DNA of 64,000 nucleotides from an uncultured Myxococcia bacterium (GCA_942493285.1 OW818691.1:7126484-7190483), one strand, 5' to 3'; positions 36,273 to 47,018 are shown, counted from the stretch's first letter. Notes: generated by a model from the sequence alone, not told the origin. Numbers and translations: made by a program.

Positions 36273-39200
36273 GGGCGAGGGCGCCGAGCAGAAGGGTAGC
36301 CATCCAGAACGGTGTTGCGCCGTTCGAGCAGCCGCCCGAGCCGACCGCCTCGAGCCCGTCGTAACGGGTGTCGTCGCACACGTCGCCGATGCCGTCGCCG
36401 TCGCTGTCGAGCTGGTCCACGTTCGGGGTCGACGGGCAGTTGTCGTCGCGGTCGAGGATGGTGTCGCCGTCATGGTCGAGGCTCTCGGGGTCGACCTGGA
36501 CGCGGCAGTCCTCGGTCGTGACGTTGCCCGAGGGGTCGGTCGCGACGACCTGGTAGGTCACGAAGACATCGCCGCCATTGGACGGTGGGGCGTCGCGCAC
36601 GACGACCAGGACACCCTGTTCGACGGCGACCTCGCAGCGCTCGGCGACGACCTCTTCGGTGCCGTCCGTGACACGCACACACGAGGTCGCAGGGATCTCG
36701 AGGGTGGCGCTGCACGCGTCGTCCGCGTCGGGCCCGAAGGCTGCGATGAGGTCGACCTTGACGGCTGGAGCGCGGCACAAGACGACCGGCGGTGTGACGT
36801 CGACGACCGTCAAAGTGGTCGTGCAGGTTGCGGTTTTTTCGTCGCTGCCGCGCTCGGCCGAGAAGGTGACGATCGACTCACCGATGGGGAAGCCGTCGGT
36901 CTCGCTGTCGACGTCGACCTGGCTTCGGCATGCGTCGATGACGGTGGCCGACAGGGTCTCGGGCCAGCCGCAGAAGTCGGGTGGCGCGTTCACAGTGAGC
37001 TCGGTTTCGCAGCTGATCTCGAAGGTGTCGAGCCCCGTGACCTCGACCACGGTGTTGCAGATGGTGGTGTTTCCGGCTTCGTCGATGGCAGCGATGCGAA
37101 CCGGGGTTTCGCCTGGCGCGAAGAAGGTGTCGACGGGCCCAAGGAAGGTGAGGGCCGAGCCGTCGCAGTCGTCTTCGCCTGTGACCGGCACGGTGACCAT
37201 GGCGCCACAGATCCCAGCGTCACCCTCGACCGTCGTGCGGGTCGGGCAGTTGATGGTCGGGGCCGACGGGTCGGTGACCTCGACGGTGGTCGTGCAGGTC
37301 GCCGCGTTGCCTGCAGCATCGACGGCTGTGAAGGTCACGACCGTGACGCCGGCGTCAAAGAGCGTCGGGGCATCCGAGGTGATGATGGCGGCCGAGCAGG
37401 TGTCGCGCGCGGAGGCCGAGCCGAGCTCGACCGACGTTCCACCGAGCATACACTCCGAGGCGATGACGGCTTCGGGGCACGTGATGACGGGGGCCACCGA
37501 GTCGTTCGCGCACTGGACGCATCCCTGCACGAACGGGAAGTCGCAGACGCCGGTCGACGGGTTGCATTCGCCCGGGAGCTCACACTCCGAGGGCAGCCCA
37601 CACGCCACGCCCGAGCCACCGCAGATACCGTCGTTGCAGGTGTCGAGGGCGGTGCAGCCGTTGCCGTCGCTGCAGCTCGTGCCGTCTTCGACCGGGGTCG
37701 CGTCGCATCCGACTTCGGGGTCGCAGAAGTCGGCCGTGCAAGGGTTGCCGTCGTTGCACGCGCGAATCAGGTTGGGGACGCAGGTGCCGTCGTCGCAAGC
37801 CGCAGCGAGAGCGCACGGGCCGGCATCGCAGAGGACCCCGTCCGTGATGGGGGCGCACTCGGGTGTGAACACCTCGCCGCCGAGGCAGGTCGCACGTGGC
37901 GCGGTCTGGCACTGCGAGCAGCTCGTCGGCTGGCCGACGAAGTCGTCGTCCGCCGTGCCGCTGCAGTCGTCGTCGACCCCATCGCAGCTCGCGTCGGTCA
38001 GGGTGCCCGTGAGCGGTTGGCATTGCAGGTCGTAGTCGCCTTCGACACACACAAGCACGCCTTCGTTCTCGCAGGCGCCAACGCCGCAGGTCGTGGTGAT
38101 GGGGGCGATGTCGTTGTCGGCGATGTCGTCGCAGTCGTTGTCCTCGCCGTCGCAGACCTCGGGGTTGCAAGCGCGGCAATCGACGCTCGCGCTGTTGTTC
38201 TGGACATTGCACTCGGGCAGCTCGTTGCCGGTCGGCTCGCCGAGTCCGAAGTCATTGATCGACAACCAGATTGAGCCCGCAGCACCGGTCGGGACGACGA
38301 CCTCGAAGGTGGTCGTCGCGCCCTTGGCGATGGGCAGGGTTCCCGTCACGAGGGTCGCTTCGCTCAGCGTCGCGACCAGGCTCGGGCCGGTCGTCTCGGG
38401 GTCGGCGCCATAGAAGCTGACCGGCAGGGCGCCGGCGATGACGGCGTCGCCTCGGTTCTCGATGGTGAAGCGCACGAGCATCTCGGTGCCCGCGAGGTCG
38501 CAGCTACCCTGGGCAAAGGCGGCGACCGAGGTGACGACAGCGTCGATTGCGGGGACGCGGTTGGCCTCGGCTGGGCGCAGGTCGAGCGGCGATATCTGGG
38601 CCAGAGCCACGTTGAGCGGGCGGGTCACGCTGCCAGGGGGAATTGCGCTGTGGCGGTCCTGGGCGACCGGGTAGACGCGGCCTTGTTCGTCGAGCGCACC
38701 CGACACGAAGATGGGCTGGTTCCAGACTGTGCGCGACTCGCGCCAGGGGGCGGTCGCAGACTCGAAGACACGCACACGGGCCGAGCGGTCCGAGCCGCAC
38801 ACCACGATGAGGTTGGCCGACCCATCGCCGTTGACGTCGGCCACCGAGGGGCCTTCGTTCATGGTCGCGCTGGTGCAGTCAAACGACGCGTAGTTCCGCT
38901 CGGCGTCGACGCCGTCGGGGGCATTGGCCATCGGTCCGCCGTACATGACCCGGATGTCGGTCTGGTCGCGGTAGGCGATTTCGAGTGTGCCATCGCCATT
39001 GAAGTCGAACACGGCGACGGAGGTGGCGCCCGAGTGGTCGGTCGTCACGAGGCTCCAGATCGGGGCGGCGCTCGAGGTGTTGACCGCATAGAGGCGGAAT
39101 TGACGCGTGAAGACGAGCTCGGGCAGGGCGGTGGCCGAGCCGTTCTTCAAGCCGTCGTCGGCGATGTCCTCGTCCCACACGTCGGCGATGGCGACAGGGC

Positions 39201-41685
39201 CAGAGCCGTGGAATCCGGCCTCGGGCACGCTCCAGATCTGGACGACATCCCGGTTCTTCGGGTCGTAGGCGTAGAGGTTGCCGTTGGGTGCCGCGCCATG
39301 GACGACCACGTCGAGGTCACCGTCGTTGTCGACGTCGGCGATGGCCGCCATGCCGTCGCCAAAGGTCGTGCCCTGGCCAAACGTGTTGACGTTGCGGCGC
39401 AGGGTGATGGAAGGCGCCGCGAGGTCGACGGAGTAGACGTGACCTGCCACGACGAGCTCGGGTCCGTCGCATTCGTGGTCGCCATCGCAGTCGGCTGCGT
39501 CGAGCAGCTCACCGACGGCCGAGACCGCACCTTGCGAGTTGGAGCCGCCCGGGTGGCATCCGGAGAAGGTCGTCGGGACACCGTCGCGGTCCGCGTCGAG
39601 GCGCTTGGTGATGCAGCCCGTGCAGCCGGTCGAGAGGTTGGCGGAGTAGGTCCAGACCTCGTTGCCGTAGAAGATCTCGGCCTTGCCGTCGCCATCGAAG
39701 TCGGCCACGCCGAGCCCGAGGCCCGAGCCTACGTTGCCGCCGCAATTGTAGGTCGTTTCGGTGGTGGCCGAGATGTTGACGACCCAGGCCGCGCCCACGA
39801 AGTCGGCGATCATCATCCGATTGGCGAGCGGGTTCGCCGCTGTGTTGGGGCGCTGGTGGATGAGGGCGATGACCTCGAGCTGTGGGTCGGCGTCGAGGTT
39901 GGCGACCGCGAAAACGTCGGCCCGGTCGGCGTTGATGGGGATGGTCGACTCGACGGTCAGAGTGGCGCCATCGAGGACGTCGATGCGGTCCGGGTTGGCC
40001 CGGGCGGCGAGGATCTCGGTCGTGCCGTCGGCGTCGACATCGCCGATCACGGGCCAGAAGAGATCTTCGTAGACCTCGGCCGTCTCGGCCGCGAGCCGGA
40101 TGCTGAAGGCGGCGGGCTCGAGCGGGACGCTGCACGAGATCAGACCGGGCTGGCAGGCCGCGTCATAGACGTCGACGTAGCCGTTGAGGTCATTGTCGTC
40201 GAGGTCGTTGCAGGTCTCGAAGCAGACCTCGGCAGGCGACTGGCCAAGCGAGGTGGCACAGAAGGTGGTGTCGTCCTGGGCCCACTGCTCGTTGACGGTC
40301 AGCAGCGCTTCGACCGCATAGGAGCCAGGTGTGAGGCCCGTGATCGGGGTGGCACAGGTCCAGGCCGCGTTCTGAACGACCGCGCTGCACTGCGAGCTGC
40401 CGCCAGGCCCGGTGACCGTGACGACGACGGTGGCGCCGTTGGGTGCGTTGGCGCTGCCGCTCGGCGTGGTGGTGGTGCCGACGACGACGTCGGTCGGGGC
40501 GTTGATGGTGATGGCGAGCTCGAGGCGGACACGTGCGAGCGGGGAGGGGCTCTGGGGGAGTCCGAGCGTGATGCCGCAACCGACGGGCGGAGCGACGGCG
40601 TTGGCTTCGAAGTTGGCCTCGAGGCCTGCGCCATCGGGGTTGTGGATGACGTGGAGGTGGGCTTGCTGGCTGCCCGCGACGTAGATTTTGCCGTCGGGTG
40701 CGAGGCGCCCGTCACCGTGCGAGTAGCGCAGGGCGAAGTTGCTCAGCTGGGTGAAGGTCTGGTCGTCGAGGTTGTACTGGAAGAAGCGACTCGGACCGGA
40801 GCTGGCGTTCGATTCGTCGAGCGTCGCGAAGTAGAAGCGGCGGCCGTTGGGCGAAAAGACGCCACCATAGAACTGGTAGCGGCGAAAGGCGCTGTTGATG
40901 ACGGTCCGGTTGGACAGCGTGCCGGTCGCCGGGTCGAAGTCCCACATCGCCATGTCACCGGCGCTGCCTGCGACGTTGCTCGAGTTGCCGGACATGATGA
41001 GGCGGTCGCCCTGGTGGCTCACGGCGAAGGCATGCCAGCCATTGTTCCAGACCGAGACCCCCGACGGGACGGCGGTCGCATTGCCTACGCCCGTAGAGGT
41101 GATGGGGAGGACGAAGATGTTGCTCACGCCCGACACGAGGAGCCAGTAGTCGACTCCGTTGGTGTGTTGCACGGCGACCATGCCCTCGCGGCCAGCCCCT
41201 GCGCCAAAGTCTGCCGTGCCGCTGCCGCCGGCGGTCGCTCCGTCGTCGACTGCGACCCCGCCAGTGAGGTCGAAGCGGCGCCACGAGACGCCCGACGATA
41301 TCTCGGCGCCATGCCCGAAGACGTAGACCTTGCCAGGCGCGCCCGGGACGGGAACGATGACGCCTGAGTGGAGCGTGGAGGAGTTGCCCGGCAGGGCGCC
41401 GAACAGCTGGGTGCCGCTGGCGTTCCAGACGCGGATGCCATCTGTATAGATGAGGAGCTCGCCCGTGTTTGGGTCGGAGAACGAAGCGCAGCCCTCGCCC
41501 GTGTTCATGGCCGGGTCGGTCGTGAACGTGTAGGCGCTGGCGTCGGCATTCCACGCCATGCGGCACCGGTTGCCGAAGTTCCAGGTGTCGGCGTGGCGCG
41601 AGCGCGCTTGAGCCCGACTGTCGGTGGAGCCGAAGGCGGTCAGAGCAAGGCTGAGCCCGAGTGCAACGAGTAGGGCGACTTTCAT
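36250..41685 (-). CDS. Giant secreted surface protein: beta-propeller N-domain, FG-GAP/VCBS repeats, myxo-type Cys-rich repeats, 3 HYR domains, TSP3 Ca-binding repeats, MYXO-CTERM sorting tail
   Basis: 1811 aa. Signal peptide MKVALLVALGLSLALTAFG. FG-GAP-like DxDxDG loops (DFDGDGKAEIF, DVDNDGDLDVVV, DFNGDGTLEIAY, DVNGDGSANLIVV). Cys-rich repeat CNDGNPCTADFCDPEVGCDATPVEDGTSCSDGNGCTALDTCNDGICGG. HYR-like …PVITCPEAV…/…PTINCPTRT…/…PPVVLCRAPA…. TSP3 DHDGDTILDRDDNCPSTPNVDQLDSDGDGIGDVCDD. C-terminus GSGGCSNGATPFWMATLLLGALALRRRRTA. Confidence 0.8.
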   Translation of the reverse strand: MKVALLVALGLSLALTAFGSTDSRAQARSRHADTWNFGNRCRMAWNADASAYTFTTDPAMNTGEGCASFSDPNTGELLIYTDGIRVWNASGTQLFGALPGNSSTLHSGVIVPVPGAPGKVYVFGHGAEISSGVSWRRFDLTGGVAVDDGATAGGSGTADFGAGAGREGMVAVQHTNGVDYWLLVSGVSNIFVLPITSTGVGNATAVPSGVSVWNNGWHAFAVSHQGDRLIMSGNSSNVAGSAGDMAMWDFDPATGTLSNRTVINSAFRRYQFYGGVFSPNGRRFYFATLDESNASSGPSRFFQYNLDDQTFTQLSNFALRYSHGDGRLAPDGKIYVAGSQQAHLHVIHNPDGAGLEANFEANAVAPPVGCGITLGLPQSPSPLARVRLELAITINAPTDVVVGTTTTPSGSANAPNGATVVVTVTGPGGSSQCSAVVQNAAWTCATPITGLTPGSYAVEALLTVNEQWAQDDTTFCATSLGQSPAEVCFETCNDLDDNDLNGYVDVYDAACQPGLISCSVPLEPAAFSIRLAAETAEVYEDLFWPVIGDVDADGTTEILAARANPDRIDVLDGATLTVESTIPINADRADVFAVANLDADPQLEVIALIHQRPNTAANPLANRMMIADFVGAAWVVNISATTETTYNCGGNVGSGLGLGVADFDGDGKAEIFYGNEVWTYSANLSTGCTGCITKRLDADRDGVPTTFSGCHPGGSNSQGAVSAVGELLDAADCDGDHECDGPELVVAGHVYSVDLAAPSITLRRNVNTFGQGTTFGDGMAAIADVDNDGDLDVVVHGAAPNGNLYAYDPKNRDVVQIWSVPEAGFHGSGPVAIADVWDEDIADDGLKNGSATALPELVFTRQFRLYAVNTSSAAPIWSLVTTDHSGATSVAVFDFNGDGTLEIAYRDQTDIRVMYGGPMANAPDGVDAERNYASFDCTSATMNEGPSVADVNGDGSANLIVVCGSDRSARVRVFESATAPWRESRTVWNQPIFVSGALDEQGRVYPVAQDRHSAIPPGSVTRPLNVALAQISPLDLRPAEANRVPAIDAVVTSVAAFAQGSCDLAGTEMLVRFTIENRGDAVIAGALPVSFYGADPETTGPSLVATLSEATLVTGTLPIAKGATTTFEVVVPTGAAGSIWLSINDFGLGEPTGNELPECNVQNNSASVDCRACNPEVCDGEDNDCDDIADNDIAPITTTCGVGACENEGVLVCVEGDYDLQCQPLTGTLTDASCDGVDDDCSGTADDDFVGQPTSCSQCQTAPRATCLGGEVFTPECAPITDGVLCDAGPCALAAACDDGTCVPNLIRACNDGNPCTADFCDPEVGCDATPVEDGTSCSDGNGCTALDTCNDGICGGSGVACGLPSECELPGECNPSTGVCDFPFVQGCVQCANDSVAPVITCPEAVIASECMLGGTSVELGSASARDTCSAAIITSDAPTLFDAGVTVVTFTAVDAAGNAATCTTTVEVTDPSAPTINCPTRTTVEGDAGICGAMVTVPVTGEDDCDGSALTFLGPVDTFFAPGETPVRIAAIDEAGNTTICNTVVEVTGLDTFEISCETELTVNAPPDFCGWPETLSATVIDACRSQVDVDSETDGFPIGESIVTFSAERGSDEKTATCTTTLTVVDVTPPVVLCRAPAVKVDLIAAFGPDADDACSATLEIPATSCVRVTDGTEEVVAERCEVAVEQGVLVVVRDAPPSNGGDVFVTYQVVATDPSGNVTTEDCRVQVDPESLDHDGDTILDRDDNCPSTPNVDQLDSDGDGIGDVCDDTRYDGLEAVGSGGCSNGATPFWMATLLLGALALRRRRTA

Positions 41686-41916
41686 CGGAGGCTCGATGGT
41701 GGCGGTGGTGTGGCGGGTGTACGGCAGCCCGGATTCGGCTTATGTTGCATGAGTATGTGGTCGGGATGCAAGGCGACAGGGGTGCCCCTGTTGTCGTAGC
41801 CTCGAGCTCGAGGAGCTGAGTCGGTCCGGTTCTTCGATGCTGTGGTTAAGTGCGGGTGCAGTCCCCCGCGAAATGAGTTACACCGAGGATCCGTCATTCG
41901 CGGCGACGGAGGTCAA

Positions 41917-43833
41917 GTGTCCAACGACAAGCCCTTTGAAGAAGATGATCAGCGCGCCAGTGAGATCGAAGAGCGCATCGAGCGCCTTCGTAAGCTCCAC
42001 GGCTGGCAGTCGGACACCCGCATGGTGCCGGCCGAGGAGGTGCAATCCGTCGTCGAAGCCATCGACGGCGAGAAGGCCCGTTCGCGCGCATCGACGTCTG
42101 TCCTGGTACTTCGCTACAGCGTAGCGGGTGGACCCCAAGAGAAAGTCGAAGTCACCGACGAGAACTACGACATCGGGTCGGGCGAGAAGGCCAAGCTCCG
42201 CATCATGCATGCCAGCGTGTCCGCTCGTCATTGCCGCATCTCGCGCGACGGCGACGGCTTCCGCGTGCGGGACATGAACACGCAGAGCGGCACCTGGGTC
42301 AACGAGACCCGGATCCCTCTGAGCTCGCCGCTGAACGATGGCGACACGGTCCGCTGCGGCGAGGTGGAGTTCGTCATCGGCATCCGGTCGGGTGCCCCGG
42401 CCGAGGCACCTGCCAAGGCTGCGCCCGTCGCACCGACACCTGCCCCGAAAGCCGCCCCCGTCGCACCCGCACCCGCCCCGGTGGCCACTGCGACGCCTCC
42501 CGCTTCGAGGGGCCCGTCGCTCACACAAGTCGCCAAGAGGCCCATTCCATCCGAGAGCACGGTCGCCATCTCGCTCGACGATGTGCGAGGCCAGGAGGCC
42601 CGGCGCATCCAGGAAGCGGAGGCGGACGAGCACGCAGGACGAGCGGCACCCCAGGCGCGTGAGGCGATCACCGGGGCACCGGGGCGAGCCTTCGTGGTCT
42701 ACTTCGATGCCGAGGGGAACGAGAACGAGGTCGAGATTCCGCAAGACAGGCCGCTCGTCGTGGGGCGTCGTTCGACCGCCGACCTGCGTATGGTCGACCA
42801 CGGAATCTCCAGCATGCACGCGGCCTTCGAGTGGATCGATGGCGGGCTCGCGGTGCGCGACCTCGGCAGCACGAACGGGACCTGGGTCCATGGCGAGCGG
42901 GTCCCCAAGGCGACGTTGCAGGATCAGGATGTCGTCCGACTCGGGCTCGTGCCGCTGCGCGTTCGCTTCGTGGCTCTCGAAGAGGACGCGGATGAGGCAC
43001 CTTTCGAGGAAGAGGAGGAGGTCGAGGAGGAGATCGAGGAGACCTTCGACGAACCGACCGACCACGAGGACGCGCTCCAGCCCATGCCCGAAGAGGCGGG
43101 CCCCGCTGTCTGGCACCTGTTGTTTGCGACGGATCGCGGTGCGATTGCGTGCGTGAATGTGGACGAGCGCGACAACTGTGTCGTCGCTGGCGAGGGGCCG
43201 GTCGAGATCAGCGTACAGGGGCGCGGCCTGAAGGGTGAGCACCTGCAGTTCGACTGGGCGTCATCAGGCCTGTCGGTCATCCAGGCGCGTCGCGACGCAA
43301 CGTTCAAGGTCAACGACCAGCCGACGACCGAGACCGTCCTGAAGAATGGGGACGTCGTGTCGGCCGGTAGCCTCATCCTGCGGGTCGTGCGTGGGCCCAC
43401 GGCCAAAGCGACCGCGCAGTCGGGCGGCTACACGGTCGACCACCAGAAGTGGGCGAAACGCTTCAAAGCGCTCGACCCCGAGCTCGAGCTGCTGTTCATC
43501 GATCCCGAAGCCGCGGGTGGGCGTGCGGAGCTGTCCATCTGGGGTGACGGCATGGCGCAGGTCGACCAGCACACGGGCGCCTCGCACGAGCGCTACACGG
43601 CGAGCATCGAGCCCGACTTCCAGAAGCTGCTCCTCAAGGCGCTGGTTCGTTCGGGTTTCCCCGACCTTCCGCACGGGGCGCGTCGTCAGTCCACGGGCGG
43701 GCCGGAATTGCATGCCTTCTGGACCGAAGACCGAGCCGATGTGGTGCTGAGCGACTGGCTCGCGACCTCGTCGTCGGCCTGGCGCGAAGTGCGCGACCTG
43801 TTGCGCGCTGTAGTGGACCATATCATCGGCTGA
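41917..43833 (+). CDS. Multi-FHA-domain protein (three FHA-like modules)
   Basis: GGAGGT RBS then GTG at 41917. FHA cores …YDIGSGEKAKLRIMHASVSARHCRISRDGDGFRVRDMNTQSGTWVNETRI…, …LVVGRRSTADLRMVDHGISSMHAAFEWIDGGLAVRDLGSTNGTWVHGERV…, plus a third divergent module. Acidic linker EEEEEVEEEIEE. Confidence 0.7.
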   Translation: MSNDKPFEEDDQRASEIEERIERLRKLHGWQSDTRMVPAEEVQSVVEAIDGEKARSRASTSVLVLRYSVAGGPQEKVEVTDENYDIGSGEKAKLRIMHASVSARHCRISRDGDGFRVRDMNTQSGTWVNETRIPLSSPLNDGDTVRCGEVEFVIGIRSGAPAEAPAKAAPVAPTPAPKAAPVAPAPAPVATATPPASRGPSLTQVAKRPIPSESTVAISLDDVRGQEARRIQEAEADEHAGRAAPQAREAITGAPGRAFVVYFDAEGNENEVEIPQDRPLVVGRRSTADLRMVDHGISSMHAAFEWIDGGLAVRDLGSTNGTWVHGERVPKATLQDQDVVRLGLVPLRVRFVALEEDADEAPFEEEEEVEEEIEETFDEPTDHEDALQPMPEEAGPAVWHLLFATDRGAIACVNVDERDNCVVAGEGPVEISVQGRGLKGEHLQFDWASSGLSVIQARRDATFKVNDQPTTETVLKNGDVVSAGSLILRVVRGPTAKATAQSGGYTVDHQKWAKRFKALDPELELLFIDPEAAGGRAELSIWGDGMAQVDQHTGASHERYTASIEPDFQKLLLKALVRSGFPDLPHGARRQSTGGPELHAFWTEDRADVVLSDWLATSSSAWREVRDLLRAVVDHIIG

Positions 43834-43901
43834 ACGCTTCGACATTCAAGGTGATTGGCCGACGCCTTCGACCTCGTGTATGAAAGGTACACGAACCCGA
43901 G

Positions 43902-45812
43902 GTGCTGTCCGTGTCCGGTCTCGACGAACACCATTCCCATATCAGCCAAGCCGCGCTCTTCCGGTCGGTCATCAGGGCCATGGCGGAGGGCGTCGTGGTC
44001 CACGCCGAGGATGGACGCATCATCGAAACCAACCCGAGCGCCGAGCGGATCCTCGGGCTGACACGGGCGCAGATGACCGGCCAGCACCCCATCGACCCGC
44101 GCTGGCGGCTCATCCGTGAAGACGGGCGCCCGGCGGGCCCCGACGACATCCCCTCCGAGATCACCCGGCTCAAAGGGCGCCCCTGCCGGCAGCACCGAAT
44201 CGGGGTGCATCGCCCGTCGGGTGAGCTCGCGTGGCTCTCCGTCAACACCGAGTTCGTCACCGATGCGAGCGACCTCATCACCGGCCGCCTCGTCGTCGCC
44301 ACCTTCACGGACATCTCCGACATCGTCGCCGCGCGCGCCGACCTCGAGACCGAACGCGCACACCTGCAACGCGTCATCAACCTCGTGCCCGGCGTCGTCT
44401 ATCAGGTCTACCGGACGGGCCGCGGCATCAGGGCCATGACGTTCATAAGTGACCGCGTCGAGTCGATACTCGGCGTGCCACGTGCGTCCATCGGCGCGGA
44501 CGCGGGCGAGCTCCTCGCACGTGTCCACCCCGATGATCTACCCAAGGTGCGAGAGGTCTTCGCGATGTCCGCGGACCAGGGTGGCCCCTTCGTCGCCGAG
44601 GCGCGATTCAAGCGTGGCGACGAGTGGCTCTGGGTCCAGACCCAGGCCATCGCCGACCCCGTCGAAGACGGCGTGCGTTGGACCGGGATCATCCTCGACG
44701 TCACCGCGAGCCGGGATCTGGCCGAACGCCTTCGACGGTCCGCGCGTCGCGAAGCGATGGGAGAAATGGCGGCGGGTCTCGCACACAACCTGAACAACCT
44801 GTTGGCGGCCATCCTGCCCAACATCGAGCTCGCGATGACGGACGCAGCCATCGAGAGCCACACGGTCCACGCGCTCGACGATGCTCTCCAAGCCACACGA
44901 AGTGCGGGCGACCTGATGCATCAGGTGCTGGCATTCACGCGTAACGACCCGAAGGACGGCCTGCGTGAACCCGTCGAGCTCACGGGGCTGGTCGGCGAGA
45001 CGCTGCGCTTCTGCAAGCGCACCTTCGACTCACGCATCGCCATTGACGAAGACATTGCCACCGCCGCGCTCCATGTGTTCGGGCAGCGCAGCAACCTGCA
45101 GCAGGTCGTCATGAACCTGTGCCTCAACGCTCGTGATGCGTTGCACGGGCGCGAGCACCCGAAGATCCGCGTCGAGCTCGCAGCTGGTGAGGACACCGCC
45201 GTGCTGCGGGTCACTGACAACGGCATCGGCATGTCACCTGACATCGCCCGGCGCCTCGGCGAGCCGTTCTTCACCACCAAGTCTCCGGGTCAGGGCACCG
45301 GGCTTGGGCTCGCGACCGTCTACGGTATCGTGCGTGAAGCCGGTGGCACCGTGCGCTGCAGCACCACACCCGGGGTCGGCACGGCCTTCGAGGTGCGCCT
45401 GCCGACGACGAGCGCGGGGCCGACCAGACAAGCCAAGCCGCCCACCGAGGCGCGCACCCTGTCGGGTCGTGTGCTCATCATCGACGACGAGCCGCTCGTG
45501 CGCTCAGCGCTCCGCCGCCAGCTCAGGTCCGCAGGGCTCGAGACGATGGAGGCCGCTGACGGTGTGGCTGGCATCGCGCTGGCATCCTCAACCACGCGCC
45601 CGGATGTCATCCTGCTCGACCTCTCGATGCCCGGCATGCCAGGCGAAGAGGTCCTGGTCGCCCTCATCGAGCTCCGGCCGCGGATCCCGGTCATCGTCGT
45701 ATCGGGCCATCGGGGGCCAAGCCTCATCCTCGACGGGGCGCACAACGTCTTGCGTAAGCCGGTCGACGGCGCGACGCTCATCGAAGCGATCGCTGGCGCG
45801 CTGGCGCGCTGA
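43902..45812 (+). CDS. Hybrid sensor histidine kinase (PAS + HisKA + HATPase + C-terminal receiver)
   Basis: 636 aa. PAS (…MAEGVVVHAEDGRIIETNPSAERILG…). H-box MAAGLAHNLNNLLAAI. G-boxes (DNGIGMSPD…GTGLGLATV). Receiver VLIIDDEPLVRSALRRQL…ILLDLSMPGMPGEEVL. GTG start. Confidence 0.8.
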   Translation: MLSVSGLDEHHSHISQAALFRSVIRAMAEGVVVHAEDGRIIETNPSAERILGLTRAQMTGQHPIDPRWRLIREDGRPAGPDDIPSEITRLKGRPCRQHRIGVHRPSGELAWLSVNTEFVTDASDLITGRLVVATFTDISDIVAARADLETERAHLQRVINLVPGVVYQVYRTGRGIRAMTFISDRVESILGVPRASIGADAGELLARVHPDDLPKVREVFAMSADQGGPFVAEARFKRGDEWLWVQTQAIADPVEDGVRWTGIILDVTASRDLAERLRRSARREAMGEMAAGLAHNLNNLLAAILPNIELAMTDAAIESHTVHALDDALQATRSAGDLMHQVLAFTRNDPKDGLREPVELTGLVGETLRFCKRTFDSRIAIDEDIATAALHVFGQRSNLQQVVMNLCLNARDALHGREHPKIRVELAAGEDTAVLRVTDNGIGMSPDIARRLGEPFFTTKSPGQGTGLGLATVYGIVREAGGTVRCSTTPGVGTAFEVRLPTTSAGPTRQAKPPTEARTLSGRVLIIDDEPLVRSALRRQLRSAGLETMEAADGVAGIALASSTTRPDVILLDLSMPGMPGEEVLVALIELRPRIPVIVVSGHRGPSLILDGAHNVLRKPVDGATLIEAIAGALAR

Positions 45813-45846
45813 AGCCTGCTGGTCGCGGCGCCTCGAGGCTGCTACG

Positions 45847-46716
45847 GTGCGCCCCGTGGTCGACGAATACGACAGCGCCGACGCGGGCTGGTTGGCGCGT
45901 CTCGAGCTCGGCTACGAGCGCCGGGGGGAACGCACGTTGCCCGTCCATCGCCGCCACGTCGGGCCGCTGCGCGTCCAGAAACACTTCGAGCCCGAGCCCG
46001 GCCTCTGCGAGCACATCCTCGTTCACCCGCCCGGCGGCATCGCCGGCGGCGACCGCCTCCAGATCGCTGTCACGGTCGGTCCCGACGCCCACGTGCGCCT
46101 CACGACACCGGGGGCCACGAAGTGGTATCGCGGCGCCGGCCGTCGCGCCGAACAGACCATCACCGCCACTGTCGGCCGCGGCGCCTCGCTCGAGCTCCTT
46201 CCACACGAACACGTCGTCTTCGACGAGGCCGACGCGTCGAGCTCACTCGCCATCGACCTCGCAACCGGCGCGCGCTTCATCGGGTGGGACCTCGTCGCGC
46301 TCGGCCGCAGGGCTGGCGACATCCCGTTCGCGTCGGGCGCCTGGCGCTCGGCCCTGTCGCTTACAATCGATGGCCGTCTTGCCTTTGACGACCGCCTCGT
46401 CCTCGCCGCCGACTCGCCCCTACGCACGTCGACCCTTGGCCTGGCCGGATGCGATGCCATGGGCACGGCTCTGTTTGCAGGGGTTATCTCGAAAATCGAG
46501 ACAATGGCCATCGCCGACCTGCGCGCCGACGCACTCGCCCAGCCTGAATTCGTGGGCCTCCGACCTGGGCTCACCCAGCTCCCGGGCGTCCTCGTCGCGC
46601 GCGCCGTCGCCCCGACCACCGAGCCCATCTTCCGATGGTTCACCCGCCTCTGGACAACCCTCGCCCCCGCCCTCCACGGCCGCCCCGCGCGGCCGCCCCG
46701 CATCTGGAGTACCTGA
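45847..46716 (+). CDS. ureD: Urease accessory protein UreD/UreH
   Basis: GTG at 45847. …[29 protein letters not shown]… has the UreD pattern. The ORF-track 5' extension into the kinase gene is rejected. Stop overlaps the ureA start (TGATG). Confidence 0.75.
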   Translation: MRPVVDEYDSADAGWLARLELGYERRGERTLPVHRRHVGPLRVQKHFEPEPGLCEHILVHPPGGIAGGDRLQIAVTVGPDAHVRLTTPGATKWYRGAGRRAEQTITATVGRGASLELLPHEHVVFDEADASSSLAIDLATGARFIGWDLVALGRRAGDIPFASGAWRSALSLTIDGRLAFDDRLVLAADSPLRTSTLGLAGCDAMGTALFAGVISKIETMAIADLRADALAQPEFVGLRPGLTQLPGVLVARAVAPTTEPIFRWFTRLWTTLAPALHGRPARPPRIWST

Positions 46717-47018
46717 TGGACCTCACCCCGCGCGAGAAGGACAAGCTCCTCATCTTCACAGCTGGACTCTTGGCCGAGCGACGCAAAGGCCGCGGCCTGA
46801 AGCTCAACCACCCAGAGGCCATCGCGTTCATCTCGGCTGCCATCCTCGAAGGCGCGCGCGACGGGCAGACCGTGGCCGAGCTCATGCACTTTGGCACGAC
46901 CCTGCTCAGCCGCGACGACGTCATGGAGGGCGTCGCCGAGATGATCCCCGACATCCAGATCGAAGCCACCTTCCCCGACGGCACCAAGCTCGTCACCGTT
47001 CACAATCCGATCGGCTGA
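46716..47018 (+). CDS. ureA: Urease gamma subunit
   Basis: 100 aa [35 protein letters not shown]…, a near-invariant UreA sequence. Confidence 0.9.
   Translation: MDLTPREKDKLLIFTAGLLAERRKGRGLKLNHPEAIAFISAAILEGARDGQTVAELMHFGTTLLSRDDVMEGVAEMIPDIQIEATFPDGTKLVTVHNPIG

Noticed and set aside
43880-44119. 79-aa ORF MKGTRTRGAVRV… upstream of or overlapping the hybrid kinase
   Set aside because: It is in an alternative frame overlapping the kinase N-terminus and is Arg-rich low-complexity. The GTG start at 43902 with the PAS domain is the coherent gene.
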